Both the position numbers and the translations under genes were made by a program. The notes beneath the pieces are model-generated. The model did no database searches and was not told the DNA's origin. It saw nothing but the letters and a program-made list of their open reading frames with translations. Shown here piece after piece: positions 24,965 through 37,760 of a stretch of 64,000 bases of DNA; position 1 is the stretch's first letter; each line of letters opens with the position of its first letter. Origin of the DNA: Phallusia mammillata (Eukaryota); assembly GCA_965637545.1 (NCBI GenBank), contig OZ281494.1, positions 13,392,001 through 13,456,000 on the forward strand. Reading direction: 5' to 3'.

Positions 24965-26495
24965 TCTAACACATCTATAAACAAGACATAATTTAAATAT
25001 AAAATAAAACTCTGAAACGAATGTCAAACATCACGGATTTTTAGAGATATGCAAAGTTGCAGTTAATGCTTTTGGATCACTTTTATGTGCATCGAAGCAT
25101 TAGAAATTCGACGTGTCAAGTCCTAACAATTCTACGTAACAAGCACAACAATGAAACGTGTCATCTTCAAGCTGATTTGCAGCTTAGCAAATAAAGTAGC
25201 AAAGCAGTATTTTTCATCAAAAGTCACATTTTCAGCTTACTTATCTGATAACCTACATTTACAACCAACAGAACTAACAAGGATTATTATTACAGTACAT
25301 ATCCTACAACAGCATCTATGTCTAAATAATACTTGTTTGCAATCGTTCTGGACTGAGAAACAAATGGTACTGAAAAAATACAATTTAACAGCCTTACGTC
25401 AGGCATCAACGCACATGATTGAGCATAACGGTTTAGATGGCATTTTTCAGATCGTGACGCGCTTAATCTTAACGCGTCTGGATTTCAACTTCATGCCAAC
25501 ATCAGTGCGTACACAAGTCGTGGTTGGTTAACAATTAAAACACTTCAACTAAATACTGCTATTCCTGCTTGCGTTCCTGTGACGTTTACATGCATTGATT
25601 CACTTGCTCACGTTTGCCTAATTACCATTTTAAATTTAACTAAATTTTGACTAGAGGTAAAATAGAAACATCTATGAAACATTTCGGACGAATATGCATA
25701 CTTTGTAATCTCGCCCTTAATAACAGCAACACCCAAGTGCACTTTTGCAAAACAAGTTTCTCTTTAGCGTGCAATTTAGGCATAACATAAATGGCAATAT
25801 TGGGGCTGCAGTGTTTACTACATAGCAGAACGGATGAAGGGCTTTGTTGACTTATTAAAGGAAACTTTGTTAAGCTAGTGTCCTGCGCTTCCAGCTTTAG
25901 TTGGAAAGTACCGTCGTTTAAAGTCTGACAACTGCTGCATCTTTGGCTAAATAGCAAATGCTGACGTGTCGGATCCTACAAGGTGTAACTCCCAAAGAAA
26001 GCAATTCCCTGTCGCTCACCAAATGGAAGCGCGTTGTGAAAAGGAATGTCAAAAAGCGACAGAATCTACAATCATACACTGAAACCACCACTGCTATAAA
26101 GTATGCGCATAGTATCCAGAAGATCTAACATATTAGCCAGTATACTTTCTGTATAAATGATGTACGCACAGACGATTGCAAACACAGTCACAAATCGAAG
26201 CCTATACGCACGTTTAAATTCGTGCAACACAGTATTTTAAACAGATATACACTTTAAAGAGATCTGAGAAGAGTTGAGCAAAAATACGCAATGTATACCT
26301 ATAAGATTAAGGTATACATTCAAAATGAATATAATGTGGGTAAATTGAAATGTTTTCCACGCTATTCAAAGTCATACAAGTTGAGAAGTAATAGCTCAGG
26401 CACTTCATGTATGTTAGAACACTACTGTATTTTTGTAAACACTGTAATTTGTACAGCAACTTTATTGTGGCTGAACACATTTTGTAACCAAAGTT

Positions 26496-29192
26496 TTATG
26501 CACATCGGGTCATGATTTTTGAGAAAACAAGCTGGGTGGCGTTGTCGAATGTTCCCCAGTAAAAGTACCGATTAGGAGGTGGTGGTGTGTAATTTCCGTT
26601 CAAAGGTGTATGGGAACAACTGTTAAACCACCAACCGCCTGTGCGACGGGATGCAGCACCACAATTTACGTGTCTGTAAAAAAATCGGTGGTTAGGTTTA
26701 ACAAAATGGTTTTAATCGCAGCCCGGTGAAATGTATTTTTAACAAGTTACTTAAAACTCGCAAACTTTCTTGAATCTTCTTCACTTACAATGCTAAGTCA
26801 TGATCTTGGTCACGTGTAGTAAAACGTTGGTTGTTGATAACTGTAAATGACGCCAATCCATTCATCGCATTACCAGCAGTCCCTGAATACCCGTCAACGC
26901 AGAGACGATATTTATCAGTGGCTGCACCAACGGAAAAATTGCTGTCAAATAAGCACCTCATGGTTATTATTTTAAAAGAAATAAAACCATTAAAAAAGAT
27001 GTTATTTCAATACCAACATATAATCATTGCCACAGAGTATAAATATAGTTCGATAAAATCAGAAGCGTGTTCGAATACAACATAGCAATGATATATAGTA
27101 GGGTAAACTATCGCCACCAGAATAAAGGCGTAATGCTTGTTGTGCTTCAGTAAGTATAACACACCTGTAAACAGCGTAACCAGATATATTGTTCAGACTT
27201 TTAAGCTCCACCTGAAGTTTGCATTGGGAACAAGTGTAAGCTTTGGTCGCTTGATAAAGGTTTTCAAGACCTAATCCAAAAAAACACCAGTTTTAAACAT
27301 TCAAATACGACTTTAACATTTTCAATACCCACCCCACCAAAATTCCCCTGTTGTGCTACCAAATCCTTGTGTGTAATTTGTCCAGTATTGTTCGAAATCA
27401 ACACTTCCATCATACCGACGTTGGAATACCTGAAACACAACATTTGTCCGTTTCCTTGTTTTTTTGAATAATAGTTATAACCAATAAACACATCACGCTG
27501 CAAGCAACGATGGGCCCTAATTCAGTGTAAAAAGTATTGAAAATGAGCACTCAGACTTCTAAAAGTATCATTAGAATCTATAAACCGAATTTTGAAACAA
27601 AAGAAACCGTAAAGTTTGTATGTTCACTTCTTTTTTACCACGCCCAACTTACCAGCCACCCCTTGTTGCAAACAACGTTAGTTCCTGACTTTAACTGGTA
27701 ATTTCCTGTCCAGTTTCCAGTCCAACAGTTGGTGAAAACTAAGGGAAAAAATGCACTTTACAATACGAGTTTTAATTCAACGGCCTAGTTTGTTAAAGAC
27801 CATTTTAAGCAATCGTGGTAAAATTGTAATACGCGTATATTCTACTACAAGCACTTTACTAACTAAAATTGTCCATGTTAACCTTCATGGCGCTTTCATT
27901 TGACGAGATTTCAAACCCACCAAATCATGTAAAGCCATTTAAAGCCATTTAAGGCTTTTGCGAGTTAGTTAGGTTTTGTTTGTTTTTCCGTGCATTTCTA
28001 CGTACCCGTTTGACAATATTTTCCAGCAAATCCTGCCGGACATTTGCAGGTGTAACTTGGATCCCCTGGTATGCAAGTGCTGTTGTTCTTACAAAGACTG
28101 TTCTTACATTGGTTAAAGTCTGAAATAAGCCCAAAAATGCATAATGTGTTATGTTGATTATGGCACGGTTGATTATCGTTAATTTTTTTAGATTTACTAT
28201 TAAAAAAAACGGAGAAGCAAATAAAGGCAGCAAACAAAGGGCTATATATGCAGCTATACGTGTAGCCATCAGCCAGGTTTACCACCTCCTGCAGGATGTT
28301 CGAGGCTTTGATCAATGGTAAATACGAGATACCCAGGAACTGCCAATGTGCTTTTTCTGCGTACGTATTAATTACCGAGTGTTTTTTACAGCTGCTGTTC
28401 AAGCAAGACATTAGTCTTTAGCACGTAGAGATCTATGTGACGGAATGTACGTACATGTTTCACATCTTGCACCAGTGTAGTTTGCTTTACATGTACAGTA
28501 GAACCCATTGATGGCATCTACACAGGTTCCGTTATTCTTGCAAGCATTTGCCACACAGTCGTTCACCGCTGTAAGAGCACAAACATGCTAATGCTAAATC
28601 ATTCCATTCTTTGATTTGGCACAAAACAAGCTCTAAAACAGTGCGTCGGTCGGTAAAATTTGTGAATGGGACCTGTTGTGTTAGTGTAAACTGTAAACGG
28701 ATAGGAACAAACAGATGATAATCTATTTAGAGTTGTTACTGTGGATATGGTTTAAACCTGTGCATGAAACAAGCGACTTTTTATGCACCTCAATTCAAAT
28801 TATCTTACTATTAGCGGCTCCTGGACTGCAGGATTGACCAGCTTTTGCTGACGGTTCGGATCTGGTGTAATGAAAATATGTTGTCTGGTTTTCTGTGCAA
28901 AAAATATACAACCTTGAGAATGCATTCTGTAGTTTTACAACTAGGTGCCCGAATAGTAGGTTTATTTGTAAAGTCTTTTTGTTTATAACAAGGCATAAAA
29001 AAGTTGTCAATGTACATTTGATGAAACTCCATAAAATGTGATGAACTTAAATTGTGATGTCATCATAAAAACATTCTCTTTTTGTCAAAAAATAGATGCT
29101 TTTGCTAAAATAGGCAAAATGTTTTAATGCCGCTCACCTGCTTGGTTGCATAAAGAGCACAGATAAATCGCTACAAAAATCGCCTTGTTCAT
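26496..29192 (-). CDS. EGF-EGF-FReD protein, copy 2
   Basis: Near-identical to copy 1 at +5528/+5525; ATG 29192, TAA 26498-26496. No exonic disruption noticed. Confidence 0.85.
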
Positions 29193-29802
29193 TTCTCTAC
29201 TTTATTATTATACTGGTGCTTTGTGCAATATTATGTAAGTTATAATGCACTGCGTGATGTGTCTCTACCGTCAATTATACAAACATCCGTCTGGCTGCAA
29301 AACAATAGCTTATATATTAATGGATGTCCTCTCTATGCTTTTGTAACATCCTTTAGTTTTTCCAATGCGAAAATCACAAGCGTACGATCGCGGATTGTGA
29401 ACCTTACTTATAGAAACAGCGCTGTTTTGCGGTTCCATACGATATTTTTTTAAATTTTAAACATCACATTTTAAAGGATTACTATTTGCGATATTTGCAA
29501 ACAAACTTTTTGATTAGTTGCAAAATAAGTTATAATTCATTTTATGCCAAAGGTTTAAACCTGATCCCAAACTTTGTTTATACTTCCTGGATAGGTGATG
29601 TACGCACAGACGATGCTAAGCATACTCACAAATCAAAACCTACGCACGTTTAAAATCGTGCAACAGGGTATCGTAAATTGACATATATTTTCAAGAGATT
29701 TGACAAAAATTTAGTAAAAAAGGCACATTTTATACCATGAGATTAGGGTAAAAAAATAACACAATGTGGCTGAATCAAAATTTTTGAACACTCTCTTTAG
29801 AG

Positions 29803-30283
29803 CAGTGGTTCCCAACCTTTTTACGATCCCGTACCACTTGGACGCTCTGCACTGCCGCGCGTACCACCATAGAGCACTATTGGTACCACTTCTTACAGGA
29901 CAACTAATTTGTTCGAAACATCTTTTATTCAACACTAGCTTAAGCTACAAAACAGTAGATGATATCTATCAAAAGCAATCATTTGACATAATTAACGCCC
30001 ACTGTCCCACAGCGTTATACGGCTTTTCATAAAGCAACTATGCTTTTTGTTGAGAATTGACATGACCTGTATTTTGAAGATCGTAATGATACGAAACAAC
30101 AGGAATAGTTACGTAACAATGACAATAGGCCTGGAGAATGTTTTTTTGTAAACAAAACCAGATAAACAAAATATAAAATTACAAATCGAGGTTTTTGTGA
30201 ACAAAACAGAAGCTACTCGCGTACCACCTGAAAACCCTTTGCGTACCACTAGTGGTACACGTACCACAGGTTGGGAACCCCTG
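29803..30283. mobile_element. hAT MITE, unit 2 (duplicate of 24278-24758)
   Basis: Same termini and CTTTAGAG TSD. Confidence 0.92.
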
Positions 30284-31946
30284 CTTTAGAGGTATGCAAG
30301 TTGAGAAGTAATAACTCAGGTACTTCATGTAAATTAGAAACACAAGAAATACTGCTTTTCGCCACCACTGTTGCCAAACACACTTTATACTCAAAAATTT
30401 ATACACATCGGGTCATAATTTTTGAAGAAACAAGAGTGTTAGCGTTGTCTAATGTTGCCCAGTAAAAGTATTGATTGGGAGGTGATGGTTCTAACACATC
30501 TATAAACAAGACATAATTTAAATATAAAATAAAACTCTGAAACGAATGTCAAACATCACGGATTTTTAGAGATATGCAAAGTTGCAGTTAATGCTTTTGG
30601 ATCACTTTTATGTGCATCGAAGCATTAGAAATTCGACGTGTCAAGTCCTAACAATTCTACGTAACAAGCACAACAATGAAACGTGTCATCTTCAAGCTGA
30701 TTTGCAGCTTAGCAAATAAAGTAGCAAAGCAGTATTTTTCATCAAAAGTCACATTTTCAGCTTACTTATCTGATAACCTACATTTACAACCAACAGAACT
30801 AACAAGGATTATTATTACAGTACATATCCTACAACAGCATCTATGTCTAAATAATACTTGTTTGCAATCGTTTTGGACTGAGAAACAAATGGTACTGAAA
30901 AAATACAATTTAACAGCCTTACGTCAGGCATCAACGCACATGATTGAGCATAACGGTTTAGATGGCATTTTTCAGATCGTGACGCGCTTAATCTTAACGC
31001 GTCTGGATTTCAACTTCATGCCAACATCAGTGCGTACACAAGTCGTGGTTGGTTAACAATTAAAACACTTCAACTAAATACTGCTATTCCTGCTTGCGTT
31101 CCTGTGACGTTTACATGCATTGATTCACTTGCTCACGTTTGCCTAATTACCATTTTAAATTTAACTAAATTTTGACTAGAGGTAAAATAGAAACATCTAT
31201 GAAACATTTCGGACGAATATGCATACTTTGTAATCTCGCCCTTAATAACAGCAACACCCAAGTGCACTTTTGCAAAACAAGTTTCTCTTTAGCGTGCAAT
31301 TTAGGCATAACATAAATGGCAATATTGGGGCTGCAGTGTTTACTACATAGCAGAACGGATGAAGGGCTTTGTTGACTTATTAAAGGAAACTTTGTTAAGC
31401 TAGTGTCCTGCGCTTCCAGCTTTAGTTGGAAAGTACCGTCGTTTAAAGTCTGACAACTGCTGCATCTTTGGCTAAATAGCAAATGCTGACGTGTCGGATC
31501 CTACAAGGTGTAACTCCCAAAGAAAGCAATTCCCTGTCGCTCACCAAATGGAAGCGCGTTGTGAAAAGGAATGTCAAAAAGCGACAGAATCTACAATCAT
31601 ACACTGAAACCACCACTGCTATAAAGTATGCGCATAGTATCCAGAAGATCTAACATATTAGCCAGTATACTTTCTGTATAAATGATGTACGCACAGACGA
31701 TTGCAAACACAGTCACAAATCGAAGCCTATACGCACGTTTAAATTCGTGCAACACAGTATTTTAAACAGATATACACTTTAAAGAGATCTGAGAAGAGTT
31801 GAGCAAAAATACGCAATGTATACCTATAAGATTAAGGTATACATTCAAAATGAATATAATGTGGGTAAATTGAAATGTTTTCCACGCTATTCAAAGTCAT
31901 ACAAGTTGAGAAGTAATAGCTCAGGCACTTCATGTATGTTAGAACA

Positions 31947-34722
31947 CTACTGTATTTTTGTAAACACTGTAATTTGTACAGCAACTTTATTGTGGCTGAA
32001 CACATTTTGTAACCAAAGTTTTATGCACATCGGGTCATGATTTTTGAGAAAACAAGAGTTGTCGAATGTTCCCCAGTAAAAGTACTGATTAGGAGGTGAT
32101 GGTATGTAATTTCCGTTCAAAGGTGTATGGGAACAACTGTTAAACCACCAACCGCCTGTGCGACGGGATGCAGCACCACAATTTACGTGTCTGTAAAAAA
32201 ATCGGTGGTTAGGTTTAACAAAATGGTTTTAATCGCAGCCCGGTGAAATGTATTTTTAACAAGTTACTTAAAACTCGCAAACTTTCTTGAATCTTCTTCA
32301 CTTACAAAGCTAAGTCATGATCTTGGTCACGTGTAGTAAAACGTTGGTTGTTGATAACTGTAAATGACGCCAATCCATTCATCGCATTACCAGCAGTCCC
32401 TGAATACCCGTCAACGCAGAGACGATATTTATCAGTGGCTGCACCAACGGAAAAATTGCTGTCAAATAAGCACCTCATGGTTATTATTTTAAAAGAAATA
32501 AAACCATTAAAAAAGATGTTATTTCAATACCAACATATAATCATTGCCACAGAGTATAAATATAGTTCGATAAAATCAGAAGCGTGTTCGAATACAACAT
32601 AGCAATGATATATAGTAGGGTAAACTATCGCCACCAGAATAAAGGCGTAATGCTTGTTGTGCTTCAGTAAGTATAACACACCTGTAAACAGCGTAACCAG
32701 ATATATTGTTCAGACTTTTAAGCTCCACCTGAAGTTTGCATTGGGAACAAGTGTAAGCTTTGGTCGCTTGATAAAGGTTTTCAAGACCTAATCCAAAAAA
32801 ACACCAGTTTTAAACATTCAAATACGACTTTAACATTTTCAATACCCACCCCACCAAAATTCCCCTGTTGTGCTACCAAATCCTTGTGTGTAATTTGTCC
32901 AGTATTGTTCGAAATCAACACTTCCATCATACCGACGTTGGAATACCTGAAACACAACATTTGTCCGTTTCTTTGTTTTTTTGAATAATAGTTATAACCA
33001 ATAAACACATCACGCTGCAAGCAACGATGGGCCCTAATTCAGTGTAAAAAGTATTGAAAATGAGCACTCAGACTTCTAAAAGTATCATTAGAATCTATAA
33101 ACCGAATTTTGAAATGTCAAAAGAAACCGTAAAGTTTGTATGTTCACTTCTTTTTTACCACGCCCAACTTACCAGCCACCCCTTGTTGCAAACAACGTTA
33201 GTTCCTGACTTTAACTGGTAATTTCCTGTCCAGTTTCCAGTCCAACAGTTGGTGAAAACTAAGGGAAAAAATGCACTTTACAATACGAGTTTTAATTCAA
33301 CGGCCTAGTTTGTTAAAGACCATTTTAAGCAATCGTGGTAAAATTGTAATACGCGTATATTCTACTACAAGCACTTTACTAACTAAAATTGTCCATGTTA
33401 ACCTTCATGGCGCTTTCATTTGACGAGATTTCAAACCCACCAAATCATGTAAAGCCATTTAAAGCCATTTAAGGCTTTTGCGAGTTAGTTAGGTTTTGTT
33501 TGTTTTTCCGTGCATTTCTACGTACCCGTTTGACAATATTTTCCAGCAAATCCTGCCGGACATTTGCAGGTGTAACTTGGATCCCCTGGTATGCAAGTGC
33601 TGTTGTTCTTACAAAGACTGTTCTTACATTGGTTAAAGTCTGAAATAAGCCCAAAAATGCATAATGTGTTATGTTGATTATGGCACGGTTGATTATCGTT
33701 AATTTTTTTAGATTTACTATTAAAAAAAACGGAGAAGCAAATAAAGGCAGCAAACAAAGGGCTATATATGCAGCTATACGTGTAGCCATCAGCCAGGTTT
33801 ACCACCTCCTGCAGGATGTTCGAGGCTTTGATCAATGGTAAATACGAGATACCCAGGAACTGCCAATGTGCTTTTTCTGCGTACGTATTAATTACCGAGT
33901 GTTTTTTACAGCTGCTGTTCAAGCAAGACATTAGTCTTTAGCACGTAGAGATCTATGTGACGGAATGTACGTACATGTTTCACATCTTGCACCAGTGTAG
34001 TTTGCTTTACATGTACAGTAGAACCCATTGATGGCATCTACACAGGTTCCGTTATTCTTGCAAGCATTTGCCACACAGTCGTTCACCGCTGTAAGAGCAC
34101 AAACATGCTAATGCTAAATCATTCCATTCTTTGATTTGGCACAAAACAAGCTCTAAAACAGTGCGTCGGTCGGTAAAATTTGTGAATGGGACCTGTTGTG
34201 TTAGTGTAAACTGTAAACGGATAGGAACAAACAGATGATAATCTATTTAGAGTTGTTACTGTGGATATGGTTTAAACCTGTGCATGAAACAAGCGACTTT
34301 TTATGCACCTCAATTCAAATTATCTTACTATTAGCGGCTCCTGGACTGCAGGATTGACCAGCTTTTGCTGACGGTTCGGATCTGGTGTAATGAAAATATG
34401 TTGTCTGGTTTTCTGTGCAAAAAATATACAACCTTGAGAATGCATTCTGTAATTTTACAACTAGTTGTAAATACGTGCCCGAATAGTAGGTTTATTTGTA
34501 AAGTCTTTTTGTTTATAACAAGGCATAAAAAAGTTGTCAATGTACATTTGATGAAACTCCATAAAATGTGATGAACTTAAATTGTGATGTCATCATAAAA
34601 ACATTCTCTTTTTGTCAAAAAATAGATGCTTTTGCTAAAATAGGCAAAATGTTTTAATGCCGCTCACCTGCTTGGTTGCATAAAGAGCACAGATAAATCG
34701 CTACAAAAATCGCCTTGTTCAT
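31947..34722 (-). CDS. EGF-EGF-FReD protein, copy 3, with a frameshifted C-terminus
   Basis: ATG 34722. The last exon (start 32190) carries an 8-nt deletion (AACAAGAGTTGTC) that replaces the last 14 aa with 36 new residues ending at TAG 31949-31947. May be non-functional. Confidence 0.78.
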
Positions 34723-35545
34723 TTCTCTACTTTATTATTATACTGGTGCTTTGTGCAATGTTATGTAAGTTATAATGCACTGCGTGTTGTGTCTCTACCG
34801 TTGCAAAACAATAGCTTATAAGTTATATTAATGGATGTCCTCTCTATGGTTTTGTAACATCCTTTAGTTTTTCCAATGCGAAAATCACAAGTGTACGATC
34901 GCGGATTGTGAACCTTACTTATAGAAACAGCGCTGTTTTGCGGTTCCATACGATATGTTTTAAAATTTTAAACATCACATTTTAAAGGATTACTATTTGC
35001 GATATTTGCAAACAAACTTTTTGATTAGTTGCAAAATAAGTTATAATTCATTTTATGCCAAACCTGATCACAAACTTTGTTTCGTATACTTCCTGAATAG
35101 GTGATGTACGCACAGACGATGCTAAGCATACTCACAAATCAAAACCTACGCACGTTTAAAATCGTGCAACAGGGTATCGTAAATTGACATATATTTTCAA
35201 GAGATTTGACAAAAATTAGTAAAAAAGGCACATTTTATACCATGAGATTAGGGTAAAAAAATAATACAATGTGGCTGAATTAAAATTTTTGAACACTCTC
35301 TTTAGAGCAGTGGTTCTCAAACTTTTTTGACCGCGACCCAAATCTGAGTATTATGACCCAAGCCTCAAACATCAAAAAATGTAACAATTTCGAGGCCACG
35401 TGGTGGCCGCACTGGAGTCTGCCCACGAGTTCGATTCGACAATACTACATAACACAACACACATTATGGCTTTGCAGCACCATGATTATTGATAGACGCT
35501 AACTGTTACATCAAGTTTAAAGAGCTCTTCTGGCAAATGTGATTT

Positions 35546-35597
35546 TTATTCCGACGTTTCGACGTCCTATACAGGTCGTCTTCATCAGGGTAAATAA
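35546..35597 (-). ncRNA. Minimal type-I hammerhead ribozyme in the Penelope-like 3' region
   Basis: Minus strand UUAUUUACC-CUGAUGA-A-GACGACCUGUAUAGGACGUC-GAAAC-GUC|GGAAUAA: both core boxes, a pairable stem II, a short palindromic stem III, and a stem I with a 2-nt bulge. Confidence 0.72.
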
Positions 35598-36032
35598 CAC
35601 TGAATGCGACTAGTACAGTGCACGATAAACAAAGGAAAAAAAGGAAAAAATAGTAGAACGCAAGCACGTAACAACGCAACGAAAACACCGCCCGATAACA
35701 AATGATTGACCCTCTAATCTTTAAGCAGGTGCCTGTAGCACGCTGGAAGCATCACGTCTGTTTTGATGTTCATTGTGTTGACCCGTTGGTGAATATTCCA
35801 TGACTCAAGAAATAGTCTTTTCCTGTAGTCAGGCTCCCGGGCCACAACAGAAGCCGCATTGAAATCAATACGGTGGCCTTGTGATACCGCGTGATTGGAC
35901 AGGGCCGACTTCTTTGCGTCGCTGTTGGCAACATCCCGCCGATGTTCTTTTCGGCGGGTGTTGAGTGACCTTCCTGTCTCCCCGATATATATTAACGGAC
36001 AATCGGCGCAGGGAATAGAATATACAACACCA

Positions 36033-36314
36033 CGTTGTTCAAGGGTGTCGATTGGATCTTTCGGGTGACTCAGTAGCTTGCGGAGAGTATTGGCAGGTTG
36101 AACGCCAACCGCTACGCCGAAGTCACGCAACATACGCCGTAGAATATCCGTCAATTTCGGTATGTTTTGTGACACTTCCGTACATACCGAAATTGACGGA
36201 TATTCTACGGCGTATGTTGCGTGACTTCGGTGTAGCGGTTGGCGTTCAACCTGCCAATACTCTCCGCAAGCTACTGAGTCACCCGAAAGATCCAATCGAC
36301 ACCCTTGAACAACG
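36033..36314. repeat. Fold-back inverted repeat: 133-bp arms (36033-36165, 36182-36314) with a 16-nt spacer
   Basis: Arms are reverse complements with one mismatch noticed, which explains the mirrored ORFs 35714..36295(-) and 36052..36366(+). Confidence 0.92.
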
Positions 36315-37760
36315 CTTATATATTGAGCTAACTGTTACATCTCCACGTTCAGTTTTGCATGATTAGCTTTTATTCCCCGTGCTATGACGTAACAATCGCC
36401 ATGTGCGTAACAGTACAATTGGAAGGCTATTGTCAGTATTTTGCAATGATTAGTTCATTTCACTGTACAACGTGGTCGAGTGAGTGGACTTTACTACTAC
36501 TACTACATTAGGTAAATTCGTTTGTGTTTACTTAATGTAGTAATAGTTCGTTTGGGTAGAATTGACCCACCATAGCGCGACCCATTTTTTGACCCTGCGC
36601 GACCCACGTTTGGGTCGCGACCCATACTTTGAGAACCACTGCTTTAGAGGTATGCAAGTTGAGAAGTAATAACTCAGGTACTTCATGTAAATTAGAAACA
36701 CAAGAAATACTGCTTTTCGCCACCACTGTTGCCAAACACACTTTATACTCAAAAATTTATACACATCGGGTCATAATTTTTGAAGAAACAAGAGAGTTAG
36801 CGTTGTCTAATGTTGCCCAGTAAAAGTATTGATTGGGAGGTGATGGTGTGTAATATCCGTTCAAAGGTGTATGGGAACAACCGTTAAACCACCAACCGCC
36901 TGTGTGACGAGATGCAGCAGCACAATTTACGTACCTGTAAAATGATGCTAAATACCAAATGCGTTACTTTCAGTTCTTTTAAACGAGCTTTACAAGGTTA
37001 GATTCTAAAGCAGGGGTGTCCAACCCGTGGCCCGCAGAAAGGTTTTGAGTAGCCCGCGTGGTATTTGTTGAAATAACTTTTATTATTAACCTAATTACCT
37101 ACGTAATTTATGGCGAACTTTCATTCAAATTGGCATTCATTGTTTGCTTTATTTCTTTATTAATGGAGTAATACACAACTGTTCAAGTTACCTTTATTAC
37201 ATCGTAATACACATTGTTACGCATCACAATTTCTACATTGTTGCGTCCACAATTTAACTCGTGTTTTAGGAGTCAGTCAGAAATATTCCTTGCCTTTTTA
37301 AGGTCCACCAGATAATAATCAGAGACCCGCGCAAAACGCGTTTAGCAGTGAAATATCTTCAGCACTCTGCAGTGATACAGATCAGTGGTTCCCAACCTTT
37401 TTTTGACGCGACCCAAATACTTCCCAAATTGTTGTATTGTGATGTCCCGCGACCCATGGACTTACTATTTCGGTTATATTTTTGTCTCTATTTTGTATTT
37501 TTGTATTCTTACTATTTCGGTTGTATTTTTGCCTCTAAATCAGAAAAGCTTTCGAAAATTATTACGCCAGTTTGGAAAATTTAAAAATCAAACAAATACT
37601 ATTCAAAACATTTCCATTTAGCCCGAACTTTGGAGCTATCTCAAAGCATTATCAGCCAATACGACGTCACAAACAGAATTAACCATTATTACGCCAAGTT
37701 GTCTTGAAATTATTTTTGGGCAACAATTTAAAACAGTTTGTTACATCATAGACAAAATAA

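Larger units (their letters stand above)
35513..36326 (-). mobile_element. 5'-truncated Penelope-like retroelement (GIY-YIG endonuclease end plus 3' region) with an inverted 5' segment
   Basis: Translation ...GVVYSIPCADCPLIYIGETGRSLNTRRKEH...HRIDF...KRLFLESWNI... with stop at 35714. Flanked by the 15-bp direct repeat GCTAACTGTTACATC (35498-35512, 36327-36341). Confidence 0.9.
35308..36641. mobile_element. hAT MITE (GGGTCGCGACCC family) carrying a nested Penelope-like insertion
   Basis: Perfect 14-bp TIR CAGTGGTTCTCAAA / TTTGAGAACCACTG, TSD CTTTAGAG (35300-35307, 36642-36649). About 505 bp without the nested element. Confidence 0.9.
19437..36847. repeat. Recent tandem triplication: units 19437-24964, 24965-30489, 30490-36847
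   Basis: ORF track and sequence recur at offsets of 5528 and 5525 bp with only scattered substitutions and indels. Identical junction GGAGGTGATGGT|TCTAACACATC at 24964/24965 and 30489/30490. Confidence 0.95.

Noticed and set aside
19623-31056. 126-aa plus-strand ORF repeated three times (19623, 25151, 30676) and other repeated short ORFs
   Set aside because: No recognisable domain. The paralogous older segment at ~12.4-12.7 kb does not preserve the frame, and identity reflects recent duplication, not selection.
36052-36366. Plus-strand ORF duplicating part of the Penelope protein
   Set aside because: A product of the fold-back inverted repeat, not a second gene.
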